Positions 24,154 through 37,900 of a DNA stretch of 64,000 nucleotides are shown here, in pieces; position 1 is the stretch's first letter; each line of letters begins with the position of its first letter. The DNA lies in NCBI GenBank assembly GCA_030704615.1, contig CM060731.1:68944001-69008000 (forward strand). The letters run 5' to 3'. The stretch is from Takakia lepidozioides (taxonomy: Eukaryota; Plantae; Bryophyta). The position numbers and the translations under genes are program-made. Under the pieces are notes generated by a model, which saw only the letters and a list, made by a program, of their open reading frames with translations, searched no databases and had not been told where the DNA came from.

Positions 24154-24933
24154 TTAATGGCTACCCACACTAGGGGCACTGCCGATGGAGGAGGCCGGTG
24201 CATTTTCGGAGATGAGGATGACGCGCCGAGAGAGTAATGTGATATCTTTCTCAAGGTTAAGAAGATGCTTCTCGTACTTCTCATTTCGTTTTTTCTTAGA
24301 CTCCGTGTCAAGCACGAAAGACAAAGCTTGATACTCCGCATTTGTCGCTGCCCATTTCAATTTCAAATTGTTGACAAGCTCTAGTCGTTCAGGTTCTTCA
24401 AGCTTGCGGGTACCATCATGCTTGCATTTTGCTTGCTCCTCGGGACTATCCCTCTTTTTAATATCTGCTGCTATTTGCATTCTCTTCGCTAGATATATGG
24501 GTATCTGTCCATAAGTCTTTTTATCTCTGTATCTTCTCACCACCTTCGGACATCCAGCCATGTTTGGCTTAGATTTGATCATTTCAACTGCGTTCACTGT
24601 TATCCAATTGTTGCTGCTCTTGAGCCCATGCCGTGGTGGTTTCAACAAAATAGCATGTTTTTGCTTTGATTTAGTCGAGCATCTGTCCACCCCACAAGTG
24701 AGCCGAGGCTCCTTAGCGTGTTTTCTCAGAAACTTGCTTGTCAGAGGCTTTAAAGAGCCTGTCTGGTGGCCAAATGTGACCGCCACCTTCTCTTTCATCA
24801 TCTGTTTCATCCGATTTATGAGCTTATTGACCAATCTCGCTCTTCTCTGTGTGGGTGTCGGAGGGGGTGTCTTAGGCTTGAGTATTACAGGAGGCTTGAT
24901 AAGATCATATATGCTCTCTTTGGATTCCCACAT
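24154..24933 (-). CDS. ENKUR: Enkurin (FAP106-like flagellar/axonemal protein), intronless
   Basis: 259-aa ORF with enkurin hallmarks: ESIYDLI, TFG...KFLRKH, NWITVNAVEMI, KKTYGQIPIYL, ERLELVNNLKLKW...EYQALSFVLDTESKKKR..YEK.L..LEKDI.LLS. Confidence 0.85.
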   Translation of the reverse strand: MWESKESIYDLIKPPVILKPKTPPPTPTQRRARLVNKLINRMKQMMKEKVAVTFGHQTGSLKPLTSKFLRKHAKEPRLTCGVDRCSTKSKQKHAILLKPPRHGLKSSNNWITVNAVEMIKSKPNMAGCPKVVRRYRDKKTYGQIPIYLAKRMQIAADIKKRDSPEEQAKCKHDGTRKLEEPERLELVNNLKLKWAATNAEYQALSFVLDTESKKKRNEKYEKHLLNLEKDITLLSRRVILISENAPASSIGSAPSVGSH

Positions 24934-27644
24934 AGTTACTGATTTTCCTTTCTCCTTTCCTCACGATTATTTGTTTAGATCTCTTGGACCCTCCTTCTCT
25001 ACTCACTTTCTAGAGATGCAACCTTGAAGCACCCATCTTGAGCAGGACTTCTTGATCCGCGTACATATTATCAAACATTCTCTTTTACATGCTCAATCCC
25101 TCCACAAAATTAGTGCTCATGTTAATCGGTGATCGGCCATTATGTTAACCAACCTTTCTATGGATATGAACAAAGAGCTATACTCGTCCTACATGATTCT
25201 TTTAAATCAACCTCATTCCTCTTCACACCCTTCGCCCCTTTGCGCGGGATGCAATCGTGATTGTGGGAACATAGTTCTAGGTATTACCAAACTTCTACCA
25301 CATGTAACCGCCTTGGGCCTTTCATAAATTACCCTAATAACAGGTGGCTTGGCCTTTGGGATCCATATTGACTCTTGGAATTGTGTTAGTTGTGCTTCGT
25401 CTGAATCATGTGGAAATCATCTTAGATACTACCAGAAAGTCTCACCACACAACTTTGAGTTCACGCATTCAACTCCAATAATTCCATTCATGATTTTTTC
25501 AATATTCATCTCTTGGTCACCGGCACCCACAAGACTCGAAATCCTACCAGTCTTCTACATTCATGGCCGGCTCAAATGGCTCAAATTGCAAGATGGGTAG
25601 ACCCAATCAATCTATCTGTATTCTACTGTGCTTGCAAAAATGGGTGTTGGGTACCATCTCATCAGTACCACCACTATATGAAGTACAAGTACCAAAGAGA
25701 AGAGGGAGAAAAGATTTCGCCAGTACTCATTTGAACTCTCACTGAGTCACTGTTCCTCTCCACCTAACCCCTTCCTAACCCCATCACTGGCTGCAACTAA
25801 TCACATTAAATGCAACAATATAAGGTCATGATTGCAGATCTTTGGTGTTGTTTTTACCCACATTCAAATTTGACAGATAGACTGTAGTGTATATATATCA
25901 CCCTGTCACAAAAAGACGTGCTAATATCCCATCCCTCACATTCTAAGCCTGATAAGTTAGGCTCACAAATATAGTTATTCCCCACTCTGAATGCAGTAAA
26001 GAGGCCGTGTGGAGGCCATTACTGCCTGTAATGGCTGCTAGGTCGCATTCATACTTGCCCTCTATTCTAATCACCTCTCTACTCTCTACTATGTAGTAAT
26101 CTGTTCAGGAATCAGGAGTCTCTTAGAAAACCCAATATTGAGGTTTGGTCGGTAGTCGTCAGTCAGTCGTAGTCAACACTTGGTGGGTTGCAATTTGCTT
26201 CACATGGGCCACTATCCATGTATTGAATAACTGCTCAGCGCTTCTCCCTTGCCGTCCAATCCCCCTCCCACCCAAGTGCTAGGGTCCAAATTGGTGTGTT
26301 TTAGTTTGGAAGGTCAGGTGTCACCATTCATGGCCGGTATGATTTCCCTTTTCCGCATATGGGCAAGCGTCATCACAACACTGGTATGAAGATACCCCTC
26401 ATTAGTATTGCTTGCAAGCTTCCAAACAAAATTCTCATCAAAGGCCACAGTGTTCGGATAATCCATGATTGTTTCTTGTCATTGTGTGCCATGACCCAAT
26501 TGTCACTCTGCTCTTGATGACTGTCCAAGAGCTCAGAGTTGAAAGAAAACCAACTTTTTAGCACTATTGTGTGTATATATAAAGTTATGTATGTATCTGA
26601 CATTCATTCAGTCTTGCAGGTCGTTGCCGTATCTGCAGTATCGATTGAAGATTTTGGAGGAAAAAACAAGAGGAAAGTACTTAACTGCAACAGCCTCATC
26701 AAGGCTTCAGAGTTGTAGTAGCTCACAATCAAAGCTAAGACCTAACTTCCAAAGGAGAGAGTCCTCCTCTTTTTATGTTAGTCATAAGTGGAGGATAATC
26801 AACAGTTAAGACTAGTTATTATTGAGCTAGCAGATGTTGAGGCACATAAACTCAAACCACTGAAATTTTACATGGAATGAAGATTATGACAGTTTGGTGC
26901 TGAGGGCGTGTCAGAGAACAGAAGTGAGTATGTAGTATGTAGTAGAAACAATGCAACAATTGACATGGAAAGATGAGAGCATAATCAAAGCACGCTGTGT
27001 GATTATGTAGACCGTAATCAAAGCTGCTGTGGTGTGCCACTTTGATCTCCGGATGCACACCCTGGGAGGGACCCACAATGAAAGGCTAGTAGCCAGGAAG
27101 AGAGAAGACTACGTGCCGCGTAGTGCAGGGCTTTAAACACTCTGCCGCTGTGTGCAGGCCAGCGGCTTCCTACCACCCTGTCTCTCCGTCTCTCTCCTGC
27201 AAGCAAACTCATACCAAGCGAACTCATACAAATGTCCTTGTTCTGGTCTTTCTTAGCTCCTTCCCTAAACCGCCTCCTAACCCAGCTGTCACCTCGCTCG
27301 TCTCAGTTTCTTTTCCTGCCACGGTCTTCTTAGCGTATTCCTCGAGGCCTTTCGAAAGCCGCTGTCTAGTCGATCTTTGTTTCTGTCTCTTTCGGACGTT
27401 GTTAAGTACCATGTCATTTCATTGCTCTCCGGTCGAAGTCATGGAGGCCTTCGGGTCCATAGGCGCAAGGAACTAACGACCTAACTGGGGCCGGGTTATT
27501 CGTTCATGCTGTATCCCTGCTCCAGCTTCGTCAGTTGCATTACTCTCTTTCGCCCTCAATCTCAGAAAGTGCACCGTCGACCGTTCAGCGCAATTGGAAG
27601 TTGAAGAGGACACCTTTTGAAGTAGAAGCAGCTCAGCTGCAGTC

Positions 27645-29348
27645 ATGGAATCTTTTCACCAGAGACTATCCATCAGATGGCCTTTGCTTGTTGCTTTAGT
27701 CAGATCGGCATTGACCGCCATTGTCTTACTCTATGTGTGTGTGACTGTAGTTGATGTTCAAGGTAGTCAATTGAGACAGCAATCCCATAGTCAAGCAACT
27801 CAGTCGGTCTCTACTGCTGATTTAAGAAGACCTAACATCGTCTACAAAGCTCTGAAAAAGCTGTGGCAAGAGGCCCCCCAACTAGGTACCGGGCACCAGA
27901 CTCACAGCATCTCACACAGATTCGGAGCGGAATGGACAGGAGCTAGGAAATTGTCAGCTCGCGGACCAGAAATAGGATTGCGGTTGAAGCTCTTGCATCG
28001 GAACTCAGCTGCATCTCCTTTCAGAAAGGAGTATGACTGCCCTGGGGATGCGTTACAGGAAGATATAGAGATGGACGCAGTCCGCTTAGCTGGGTTCAAG
28101 AGACGCCTTCAAAGTATCTATGTGAGGAAAGTGGCAGGAATCGTCAGTGCACCCAACTCCCCAGTTACAGCAGTTGTTGAGCCCGGCAGTCCCACTCAGT
28201 CTCCAGCACAGGGACCCTCTACCTACACATTTGACAGCCCTGTGGTTTCTGGATCTTCCTTGGGCTCAGGTCAGTACTTTGTAGATTTCTATATAGGTAC
28301 GCCCCCGCAGAGATTCTCCCTTATCACCGACACTGGTAGTGACCTCATCTGGCTTCAGTGCGCTCCTTGCAAGGAATGCTACTCCCAGGAAGGTCCTTTC
28401 TACATTCCTTCGAATTCATCTTCTTTCAAACCTGTTTCCTGCTTCTCAAAGGAATGCGCCCTGGTCCCGGCCCCCCTTGGCATCCCATGTGATTTCAGCG
28501 GTTCGTGTGAGTATCAATATGATTATTCCGATTCGTCTAGTAGCAGGGGGGTGCTTGCGTACGAGATAGCAACAATGCATTCCAGCGACCAACGGAGTGT
28601 GAAGATTGCAAATGTCGCATTTGGCTGTGGGAGTGAGAACCAGGGAAGCTTCGCGGGAGCCGGAGGGGTGATTGGCATGGGACAAGGCCCTCTCTCCTTC
28701 ACATCTCAGATTGGTTTTTCTTTCGGAAACACATTTTCTTACTGCCTGGTGAACTACTTGGATCCGACCAATGTAAGCTCCACACTAGTATTCGGCGATG
28801 ACACAGTTCTTGCTTCCAAGCACACTCTCCACTACACACCCATCTTGCAAAACCCACATTCGCAGACCCTGTATTACATTGGTATTGAGGAAGTAAGTGT
28901 GGCGGACCAAGTGCTTCCGATATCTACAAGCTCATGGGCTTTCGACCTCATGGGGAGTGGTGGGAGTGTTTTTGACTCAGGCACAACACTCACCTACTTT
29001 GTATGGCATGCTTACAGTGCGATATTAAGCGCATTCGAAAAGGCACTGATTTATCCGCAAGTGGCACCTTTGCAAAACTTGGATTTGTGCTTTAATGTGT
29101 CTGGCGACTCCAATCCACAGCTCCCAGCATTCGCAATAAGGTTCGTAGGAGGTGCTGTGCTAGAGCCGCCTGCAGAGAATTACTTTGTAGACGTTGCAGC
29201 AGACATCAAATGTCTGGCTATGCAAGGCGTTCAAACTGCATTTGGGTTCAATACCATTGGCAATCTGATGCAACAAAACTTTCTGGTGGTTTATGATCGG
29301 GGCAGCTCGAGGCTTGGATTCTCACATACCCAGTGCGATTCACTATAG
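27645..29348 (+). CDS. A1-family aspartic protease (nepenthesin/TAXi-like), intronless
   Basis: 567 aa with an N-terminal hydrophobic segment, SGQYFVDFYIGTPPQ, catalytic DTGS and DSGT motifs, and C-terminal IGNLMQQNFLVVYD...LGF...C. Confidence 0.95.
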   Translation: MESFHQRLSIRWPLLVALVRSALTAIVLLYVCVTVVDVQGSQLRQQSHSQATQSVSTADLRRPNIVYKALKKLWQEAPQLGTGHQTHSISHRFGAEWTGARKLSARGPEIGLRLKLLHRNSAASPFRKEYDCPGDALQEDIEMDAVRLAGFKRRLQSIYVRKVAGIVSAPNSPVTAVVEPGSPTQSPAQGPSTYTFDSPVVSGSSLGSGQYFVDFYIGTPPQRFSLITDTGSDLIWLQCAPCKECYSQEGPFYIPSNSSSFKPVSCFSKECALVPAPLGIPCDFSGSCEYQYDYSDSSSSRGVLAYEIATMHSSDQRSVKIANVAFGCGSENQGSFAGAGGVIGMGQGPLSFTSQIGFSFGNTFSYCLVNYLDPTNVSSTLVFGDDTVLASKHTLHYTPILQNPHSQTLYYIGIEEVSVADQVLPISTSSWAFDLMGSGGSVFDSGTTLTYFVWHAYSAILSAFEKALIYPQVAPLQNLDLCFNVSGDSNPQLPAFAIRFVGGAVLEPPAENYFVDVAADIKCLAMQGVQTAFGFNTIGNLMQQNFLVVYDRGSSRLGFSHTQCDSL

Positions 29349-30386
29349 CAGTAACCCTGGATGCAGGATCTCAATCTAAATTTAAGGGGATGCTGGTGAA
29401 GTACCCACGTGTAAGTTTCTCTCTCTCGAGCTGTCTCTCTGTCACAATCTCTCACTGCATCTCCTACAGCCCAGGCAATGCTTAAAGCTGCTTCCCTCTG
29501 TGAATAAATGCAGCTTGCATCAAGTGCATGCTGTAGAGAAAGGATGTACCGGTCCAGAGCTGTATTTGTGTGGATCGGAAGGAACTGAGAAACCCTGGGA
29601 TGGCTTTTGGTTTTTGGCAGGTCCTGGAGGGTCTGTGCTTCCCAGTCACTGGACATCACCTGTACACTGGTGCAATATGTGGCCAAGGGGATTCGTTTGT
29701 TAAGGAGAGGGTGGGTTTGAAGTCCCAGGGTTCTACTTTCATCCCTTGGTCCTCTTGCGGAATTTCTCTGGATCCCCCAGTTACCTAGCTGTTTTTGTAT
29801 AGAGGGAAGTTTTAGTCTAATGGCTTTGTGAGTCCCACATTTAAAAGCATACAATTTCTTTTATGGGTTTTCCAAGATTTTTCCCTTAAACCTGCAAACA
29901 TTTGCTCCTTTTAGGTTTGGGTTTTACTGCTTGAGGATGTCCATGAGATGTTTCAAGGAGTTTTTTGTCAAGGAATCTTTCATTCTTTCATTCTTTCATA
30001 TTTGTGAACTGAAAAACCAACAATTTGAAAAGGGCCTGGATGTAGGTCTTGAGCATGCTGAAGCCTGCTGGTACCCATATGGACTTCTTTTGCACTACGT
30101 TCCCTGTGGACCTTAGAATAAGTGGTCACCTTCAAGTTCGTTGTGATACTCAAAGCTACTATTTGCTTTATCATCAAGACTTTTGTCCTTGGCAGCGCAG
30201 CTGACTACCCACAGATTTTGTGTGCATCCTCTGCATATGGTTGTTTGTGCTGCTTTGCCTGGTGTTTCAAGTCCAATAGCCCATTTGTTCTCTTCACTTA
30301 GACAATTGGGCTTGCTTATGGAAGCTGCAGGGCTCTGAAATGCAAGAGTTACTGTTGTCATGATATGTATCTCCCCATGGAAGAGA

Positions 30387-30502
30387 GAATCTCTCCCTGT
30401 TAACGGTCCTGCCAAGTATCCAGATATGTGGGTTTAGGTATTTGAATCTCTCCCTGTTAACTGTCCTGGCGAGTGGTCAGATATGTGGGTTTAGGTATTT
30501 GA
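30387..30502. repeat. 57-bp tandem duplication
   Basis: GAATCTCTCCCTGTTAAC...CAGATATGTGGGTTTAGGTATTT occurs at 30387 and again at 30444. Confidence 0.9.
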
Positions 30503-31750
30503 TGTGTGAACGCCTCAATGGAGCAGCGAATTTCTCTGTCCATGTTGTCTTGCCCAATTTGAGGTTGAGAGCTGAGAGGCCACTTGGGAATGTACTCGAA
30601 GCATTGTAAACTTGAGCCAAAGAAGCTGAGCAGATGTAGCATGTTTCTTATGATGATGAAAAAGATTTTGAGTTTCCGAGACATGTGATTGAGCTACCGA
30701 GTGCTCGTAGTATGGATCACAACAATTCCCGTGGATGCAAGCATCCGAAATTACCACTAGAAGTACTGCAAGATTTTTGCTTTCAGCAATTTCATGGGGG
30801 AAACAAGGAGAGAAGAGTGCAGCTCCATTCACGCTAGTGTAACGGACAGGAAGCTGAGAGCTGCGGCCCCTAATGCAATTAAGTTGGTTGCACATCCAGA
30901 CGACAGATAGTTCCGTTGGACTTTCCCTGTATCAGTCAGGTACAGGCTAAATCTCATAAAGTACCTTTACTTCCTGACAGCTTAACGGACCATTCGACTT
31001 GCGCAGAATCCTACGGAAAAGGGAAATGCACATCATACCTTGTAGTGGTCACGCTGGAAAACGCCCACTTCCTGTCACAAGGAGGAGGATGGCCCGCATT
31101 GCTTTTTGTTTAACTTTTAAAACAGGGAAGAAAGCCCTGGAAATCAGGGAATTCAAGAGGCAATAATAACCCTCTGCGGGGCCGTAAAGGCGAGACACAA
31201 AGGGAAACACCGGGCCAGCACCAAAGGGGGAGGGAAAAAAAAAGCAGGGAGGGCCGAAATGGGGGTCCAGAGAGACAGAGCAGAAAGAAAAAGGAGAAGA
31301 AAGGACAGAGCAAAACCAAAACAATAGAGGTCCAAAACCAAGAAGCATTATTGCCCTTCTATCACATGCTCGCATACATCAAAGCATGGTGTTTCTAATT
31401 AGAAGACCAACGTTTGTAAAGAAGACGATCAAGTCAATGGTGATGGCTGCTTGACGCCCAAGGGGAAGAATCGTAGAAGTAAGTTGGCGCAGAATAATCT
31501 AATTCTCTAAACCCCTCTAATAAGCGTGCTGATCTTTGAACTGGTCTCGGTGTTTTGGGCAAAGCCCTAGACTAGCTAAATGTAGTGGTGACGGTGATGG
31601 GGCGTTTTAGATGTTCCCTCCATGCTCTTTCTGGTTGCTTTTGGGTTGAGGGTTTTGGCCTTTATCAATTCTTCGGAGTTGCGGAACTGAAGTCCATTTG
31701 GATCTATCCCCTCTCTGTAGTCTGTGCGTGCGCCACTCCCTCGATTGCCC

Positions 31751-34700
31751 ATGGAGGGAAGCGCTGTGGAGATGGAACTGGATGAAGTGGACAAGAGCAA
31801 GTTTCTTGTTCGCCTGCACCGCTTTGCGCTGCGGATTCCCAAGCAGCAGTCTCATGTCGTCGCCAGAATCCTTTCTGGGTACTCTCTCTGCATTAAAAGT
31901 GTCTCCTTTTCAGGTTCCTTCTATTGACTCGTTCATTGCACTCTCTATGGTTTGCCGATTTATCACGAAAAGCGGCTGAATTCCTCACAAACCTCGTTCG
32001 TTCTTTGTTGTACTAACTACATACTGCCGATGCAACGTTAGTGCAATTATAACTGCCTTTGTCACAGTCGTATTAGGATGGTATAATCAGGTACGTGTTG
32101 GATATGCCACGAGTGAGGCACATTGTCCCTGATCCAGCAGACGAAAACATGCGCATTGTCATACTGTCAGACCTCATCACAGATTTGGGTAACTTCCTTG
32201 CCCCTTTCTTAACCCTTTGAAACTATTCTAAGTCTGGGTGAGGGAGGGACTGAAGGAACAGAGCGGTGTAGTGTAGGTGTTGGCTACTATATTGTTTTCT
32301 GCAGTAATGCAACTGAGTTCATTCATGAATGAAGCTCTTAAACACTGGGCGCAGATCTGCAAGGGCTTCCTGAAGAGCAACAACGTGCTTTGAAGGATGT
32401 CGTGCAAGTGGATGTTGTGGCGCACGTGGTGAACCTGGACTATTCATACTGGCCAGTGGGTGAGCTTCTTAGTCTGGTGTGAAGATTTCCGTTATGCATT
32501 TTCCCTTGACCTACGTGGAGAGAGAGATGTGGGCACTTTCAGCATGACTGATGGGGTTGCATGATATTGCTTCAATGTGGTGGCGCTCATCAGGTACAGA
32601 TTGGAATGGGGGGTGCAGAACACATTCTGAAGGAGATCTTGCCAACAGGCTGGGAGGTCCCCTCTTCTTTCGAAACCATTGGTACGGCTCTCATGCTAAA
32701 TGAGTCTCAGGTGATTTTTCTTTGCCGCTATGCCTACCAATGCACTTATGAGCAGATAGTGGCAGAGGGGACACGCCTTTGTGGTTGACATTATGGCCAT
32801 CCCTTTTTTTGTTGAATAGCAACTACCATTGTGGGTGCAGGCCATATAGCACACCTCAATTTGCGGGATGACTTGCTGCCTTATCGCAAAATTATTGCCT
32901 CCGTCATCCTGGATGTGAGTCTCACCACGAAAGAGAGAGGGCAAGCTCGCTTCATGACAAACTCTTTTGCAACTGACCTAATTTCTCACTATCCATGATT
33001 TCAAAAGTGGGATTGAGGTTCACTGTAGCTGGTTTAGACGAAACACTAGTGGCAGTATGTAGCGACATGAATAGCAAAATGGTACAGATTATACCACTTG
33101 AAATACTACCATCATCAGTGACAGTAGAGAAGCAGCCAGGCAGAGAGATGCAAATTGGGCGCCCACTGTCAGTGTGAAGTCAGCTGGTAGGAGGAATCCA
33201 AAGGCTGCTCCATTTTTAAAAGGTCTTCAAGGAGAGGATTAGATGAGTGCTTTTATCTGAACATGGATTCGGGGTTGCATATCTGCAGAAGAACCCAAAG
33301 CTCAGGACAATTCTCAACAAGGTTGGCACAATCACCAATGAGTTCAGAGTCCCAGAATTTGAAGTTTTGGCTGGAGATCCAAACCTTGTTACTGAAGTGA
33401 AGCAGCATGGGGCCACTTTCCGGCTGGATTATGGTTCAGTCTACTGGAATTCCCGCTTGGAGGGAGAGCACAAGCGTCTTTTCTCCCAATTCAAAGATGG
33501 ACAAATTGTTTGTGACATGTTTGCAGGAATTGGGCCCTTTGTGATTCCAGCAGCCCGTAAAGGGTGTGTGGTGTATGCAAACGACCTGAACCCAGCAAGT
33601 GTGAAGTATTTAAAGATCAATTCGGAAGTCAATAAAGTTGGTGAAAGAGTACGGCCTTACAACATGGATGCCCGAGCCTTCATGCAACATATAGTGATAG
33701 ATGGTGTTCAAGAACCAACAGCTGAAGAAATAGCAAGGGATGAGGAAAGTTTGAAGCGGTTGCAGGGTTCTTCTAACAGCCATGTTGGTCCCGAGAGTGC
33801 TGAGAGAAATCCAGAGGTTTTGATGGGCCCCACCCTCGCTACAAATGGGTCTGGAATTCATATGAAATGTGGAGTCAGAGAAAAAGAACATGGGAATCTT
33901 GAAGCAAGCAAAATTGATGGAAGAGATATGCTGAAGACAGCCACACTAGCTCAAGGTATCCAAAGTGCTCTCTTTTATTGAACTTTGCCTCTAGGAACTC
34001 ACTTCATCTCTTCAGTTTTGAGGGACTTAAGACAATGCTGAAAGTACAGGCTATCTGAAAGGCCAGGACCAGCTTTGATGACTAAGATAGGTCACACTCT
34101 GTTTTTGACCCCTTTGGTGCTCTCTTTCCTCCACCTTCCCACCATTTTACCATGGAAAAACCTTGTAGGTCTCTGGGCCTAAAGTTAGAGCCGAAGAATG
34201 TAATGAGCTTCTTTCTCTCTACTTGTGTGCTGTGGGCCAATATAGATATATTCTCTCTTTAAAGAGGAAAGGGGCATAACCCTGGATCAAATGACAACAG
34301 CTCAGTGAAGAAAGCCACACATGTCAAGAATTCTGAATGGTAACCGAAGAGGCCAAAGGCCATCCTAGCTACCTGAACTAACTAGTAGCACAAACCACCT
34401 CTACCAGCCCGCCTATCAAAAGTTAACACTGCCACCTCCAGAGCTGAAAGCTGTAACATGCCCACAAAGCAAAGGACATGAAGAATTTCTGATACAAGCT
34501 GGTGGATGCTCCCCCTTTTCTCTGCAACTCTATGTCCATCTCTTCTGGGGGCATCGGGAAGGCTCGGGGTGACTGCCTGTACCTGTTCAGAGACAGCCAA
34601 ACCCTTAGAGAGGTCTTTCTTGGCTGCATATCTACATGAAGCTCGTAGAGAGTGGTAGATGGGACAACCTGGAGCGTGCTGAACGCTTGTGCCTACTTGC

Positions 34701-36687
34701 AGTAGAGATGACAGAGGGGAGATTGAAAGTGAAGAGTTTCGTCTTTCACTGTTCTTTCTACTAGGATATCTGGGAATGATACTATTGCATACTCTGGGAC
34801 AGCCAATCCCTGGCTGAGGTCTTTCCTTATGAGGATTAGACATGCTTGGCAGCATATCTGCGTGAGGCTTTTGCCTCTTAGAGAATCTCTTCATGAATGG
34901 TTGGTTTTCTGGTAGCTGGTTGAGGGGCCCACTTTCTTTCTTGTGTCATGCTTTCTTTTGTCCGATGAACTCTTTGATCTTCTCATGCACGTCGCAAACT
35001 TTTATTTCTTCTTTCGCGTCAATTAAAAGTTGGTGGGGTTAGCCACATGGCCAGAAAGTGAAGTTGCTTATGCTTGTATGTGACTGAATTACCTCAGCTT
35101 GACACTTTGGCTGTCACAGATACATGGAAGAACTCCCAACGGAAATCACCAGCAGGAAAAGACAGGAGTAAACTAAGAGCAGGCGCAATTGGTCAAGCTA
35201 GGCTTGAAGCCAAGCCATGGGAGCACTTTGACCATGTGGTCATGAATCTACCAGCATCTGCCCTTGAATTTTTAGGTACTGGCCATACTCTACTGTAGGA
35301 CAAACATTGCCGTTACCATAAGGGTTGTTGAGCTTTGTCACTGTACTGTCATGTTTTATTATTTTCACCTCAGTGGCTCTGGTCTGTTGGCATGCTGAAC
35401 CATGCAGAAAGTTGTGAAGTGTCCTGTGGCAGACAGTAACTTTGAAAATCCAAAGAGTGGTTCAAGTGTCTCGTTACCTTTGGACTAGTCTAGTGGCCAT
35501 TGCAAGATGCCAGTTTTTCCTTCGTCAAGGTGGGCATTCATTTATAACAGTACCTCTTAGATTTTGAAGCAAGGGGGTTGTTGGACTGTACAAAGCATTT
35601 GTATTTTGGGTTTGGTTTGTCATTCACAGTTTTCTCTTTGAAAAGAAGGACATCTGTGGTGAAAGAGACGACTCCAGGGTTTTAACTGATGTCTGGTATT
35701 GCAGATGTTTTTGAAGGATTGCTGTCAAGGGAGAAATGGAAGGGCACTATGCCACGTGTCCATTGCTACTGCTTTATGCGCTCCAATGAAACAACAGCCG
35801 ACGTTGTTCAGGTTTGTTTGTCCCTGGCTCTGTCAATCTACTATGAACTTTTATTCAGTAGTTTGACTGGCAATCAATTCATAGCCACTTAGCTCACACC
35901 ATGTTGAGGTATAAAACTCCAGTAGCAGAACTGGACTTCAAGCTTTTTTGTATTATGTCACTTCAATGTACACTCGAATTCCAGTGACCCAGATTTCTGT
36001 CTTGGGCTGCTTTTTTTAGTCTGGTGGGTTTGCCCAGTGAACAGCTTCAGGACCTGTAGGCGAATACCCATGATTTTGTGTCCTATCCAACGTTGGCTGG
36101 ATCTAGTGACTGACTGCCTCTTCTGCTTTCCTTTATCGAGTAATCACATCATCCTCAGTACATGACATTTCAATCTGGGCTGGTGTTGCCTCAGGGATAG
36201 TTGGTGATAGGAATTCAATCATCAACTAGCACTGTCCTTTTGCCAAGTGAATGGTTCTGTCTTCCATGCTAACCAGTTGTGTTGACAAGCAGCGTGCAGA
36301 GCATCACTTGAAGGGCTCGATTGGAGGGCCACAAGTGTGGACAGTCCGTGATGTTGCCCCCAATAAGGTACTCCTTTTAGCTGATTTGTGGAAAGAGAAG
36401 GCCACATGCAATTTATATGAAACAGAGAGACGAATTGCAAGACGAGATGCAGTTTCAAAGAGGAACAATAGGCAGTCCTTGTTGGATCTCAAATGGTCCA
36501 GGAAAATAGCCAATGCACTCACAGTGGTTCTGCCTTGGTTTGTACTTTTGTACAGATAATGTTGTGCCTGAGTTTTGATCTACCATCAAGTGTTGCGTTT
36601 GCCCAACAATTGGCACCGGCTGAGCAAGTACTTGAAGATGGTTATTCAGAAGCCTTAGCTTCCTTAAAGCGACCACGGACTGACTGA
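31751..36687 (+). CDS. TRM5: tRNA (guanine37-N1)-methyltransferase Trm5, 10 exons
   Basis: Phase-consistent GT-AG exons 31751-31878, 32091-32188, 32355-32459, 32619-32681, 32841-32914, 33289-33955, 35120-35275, 35705-35811, 36293-36367, 36556-36687. Motifs [57 protein letters not shown]. Confidence 0.93.
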
Positions 36688-37307
36688 TTGTGACAAAACA
36701 CCACAGCATTATCCTTGGCACTTCATGGCATTTGAATGTCATTCATTTGATGATTTGAAGGCTAGATATGATCCTTAAACACTGGCCAAGAGTTAGATCA
36801 GATGATCCATCCCACACAATTTTGGAAAATATATCCGTGTCTTTGGAGCCAGTTGGGTTCATAACTGGAGCCTATATATGGGCACTCTCACAAATCAGGT
36901 TCATTCTCCCAGATTGTTACAGGGTTTCCCTCATCACTTGGCTGAAAAGTGGAGGAGAATTCTTATGTAGCAGTTAACATTCTTTGTGATTGGGGAACTG
37001 GCAATTGGCAATGAAGTTTGCCAGAAGAAATTGGTACCGTACACTTCCATGACCCGCAACAGTCTCCTTGCATGTTATGAATGTTTGTTCAAGGCTGAAC
37101 CTCCTCTGCCACTGTTGGTAGGGTACCCAAATTGGCATTAGCACCTGCCTTTACTGTTCACCACTGTGCTTCAATGCTTTCTATGTTCATCCATTCAAAG
37201 GCAAGCGAGGGTTTTGAATCAACGGTCAGTTGTCTAACGTCTAACTGGCGGTTGTCCCTTCCTGCTGCCATGACACGGCCTACCGCCACACACTTGTTTG
37301 AGAGAGG

Positions 37308-37351
37308 GAAATGAAATGAAATGGTGCTTTATAACGTCCGCGGAAAGCTCA
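37308..37351 (-). mobile_element. 3' end of RTEX-like LINE (second copy)
   Basis: The reverse complement resembles 38820-38867, including the (ATTTC)n tail. The 5' extent is not resolved. Confidence 0.55.
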
Positions 37352-37900
37352 TAGAGAGAGGGAGAGAGTGTACATCATACTGCGCCCAGTTTGGGCGGAA
37401 CGAGAGATGGTAAGAGAGTTGAGAGAGAGAAAGAGTCAATGGAAAGGCCATGGAGCTTGTGGGTCAGATAGTGCAGTAGTTGGGAATACATGAACTCACT
37501 AGAGAGAGAGAGCGAGTAGAAAAAAAACTTGATACTTGAAGAGAGAGAGAAATGGCACCATGGACTGGCAGAGAGATCAATGGGAAGAAGTGAGAACCTG
37601 GTCAGAAACAGCCATGCTCACTGTGTATTGAGAGCATCTTCAGCGTAGCTGAACAAGAAGTGAAGCGAAAAGGAAGGAAAGGATCGGCCCTGACTGGGTA
37701 TGACTAGTGAACGTTTGAGCGCTGAATCCCCAACACCTTGAGCCTGGCGGATAGGATAATTCTGCGTGCACCTTCACCCAATATACCTATGCGCGACTGT
37801 ACCAAATGTTTGTTGGAGGTATCAGTAGAAGCAAAACTGAGTACAGGTCGGGATAGAAGTGCCAGAGCATATTGTCACAAGCTTCATCAGATCTTTCCCA

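Noticed and set aside
34382-34894. 170-aa antisense ORF nested in TRM5 intron 6
   Set aside because: No recognisable domain; probably degenerate TE-derived sequence.
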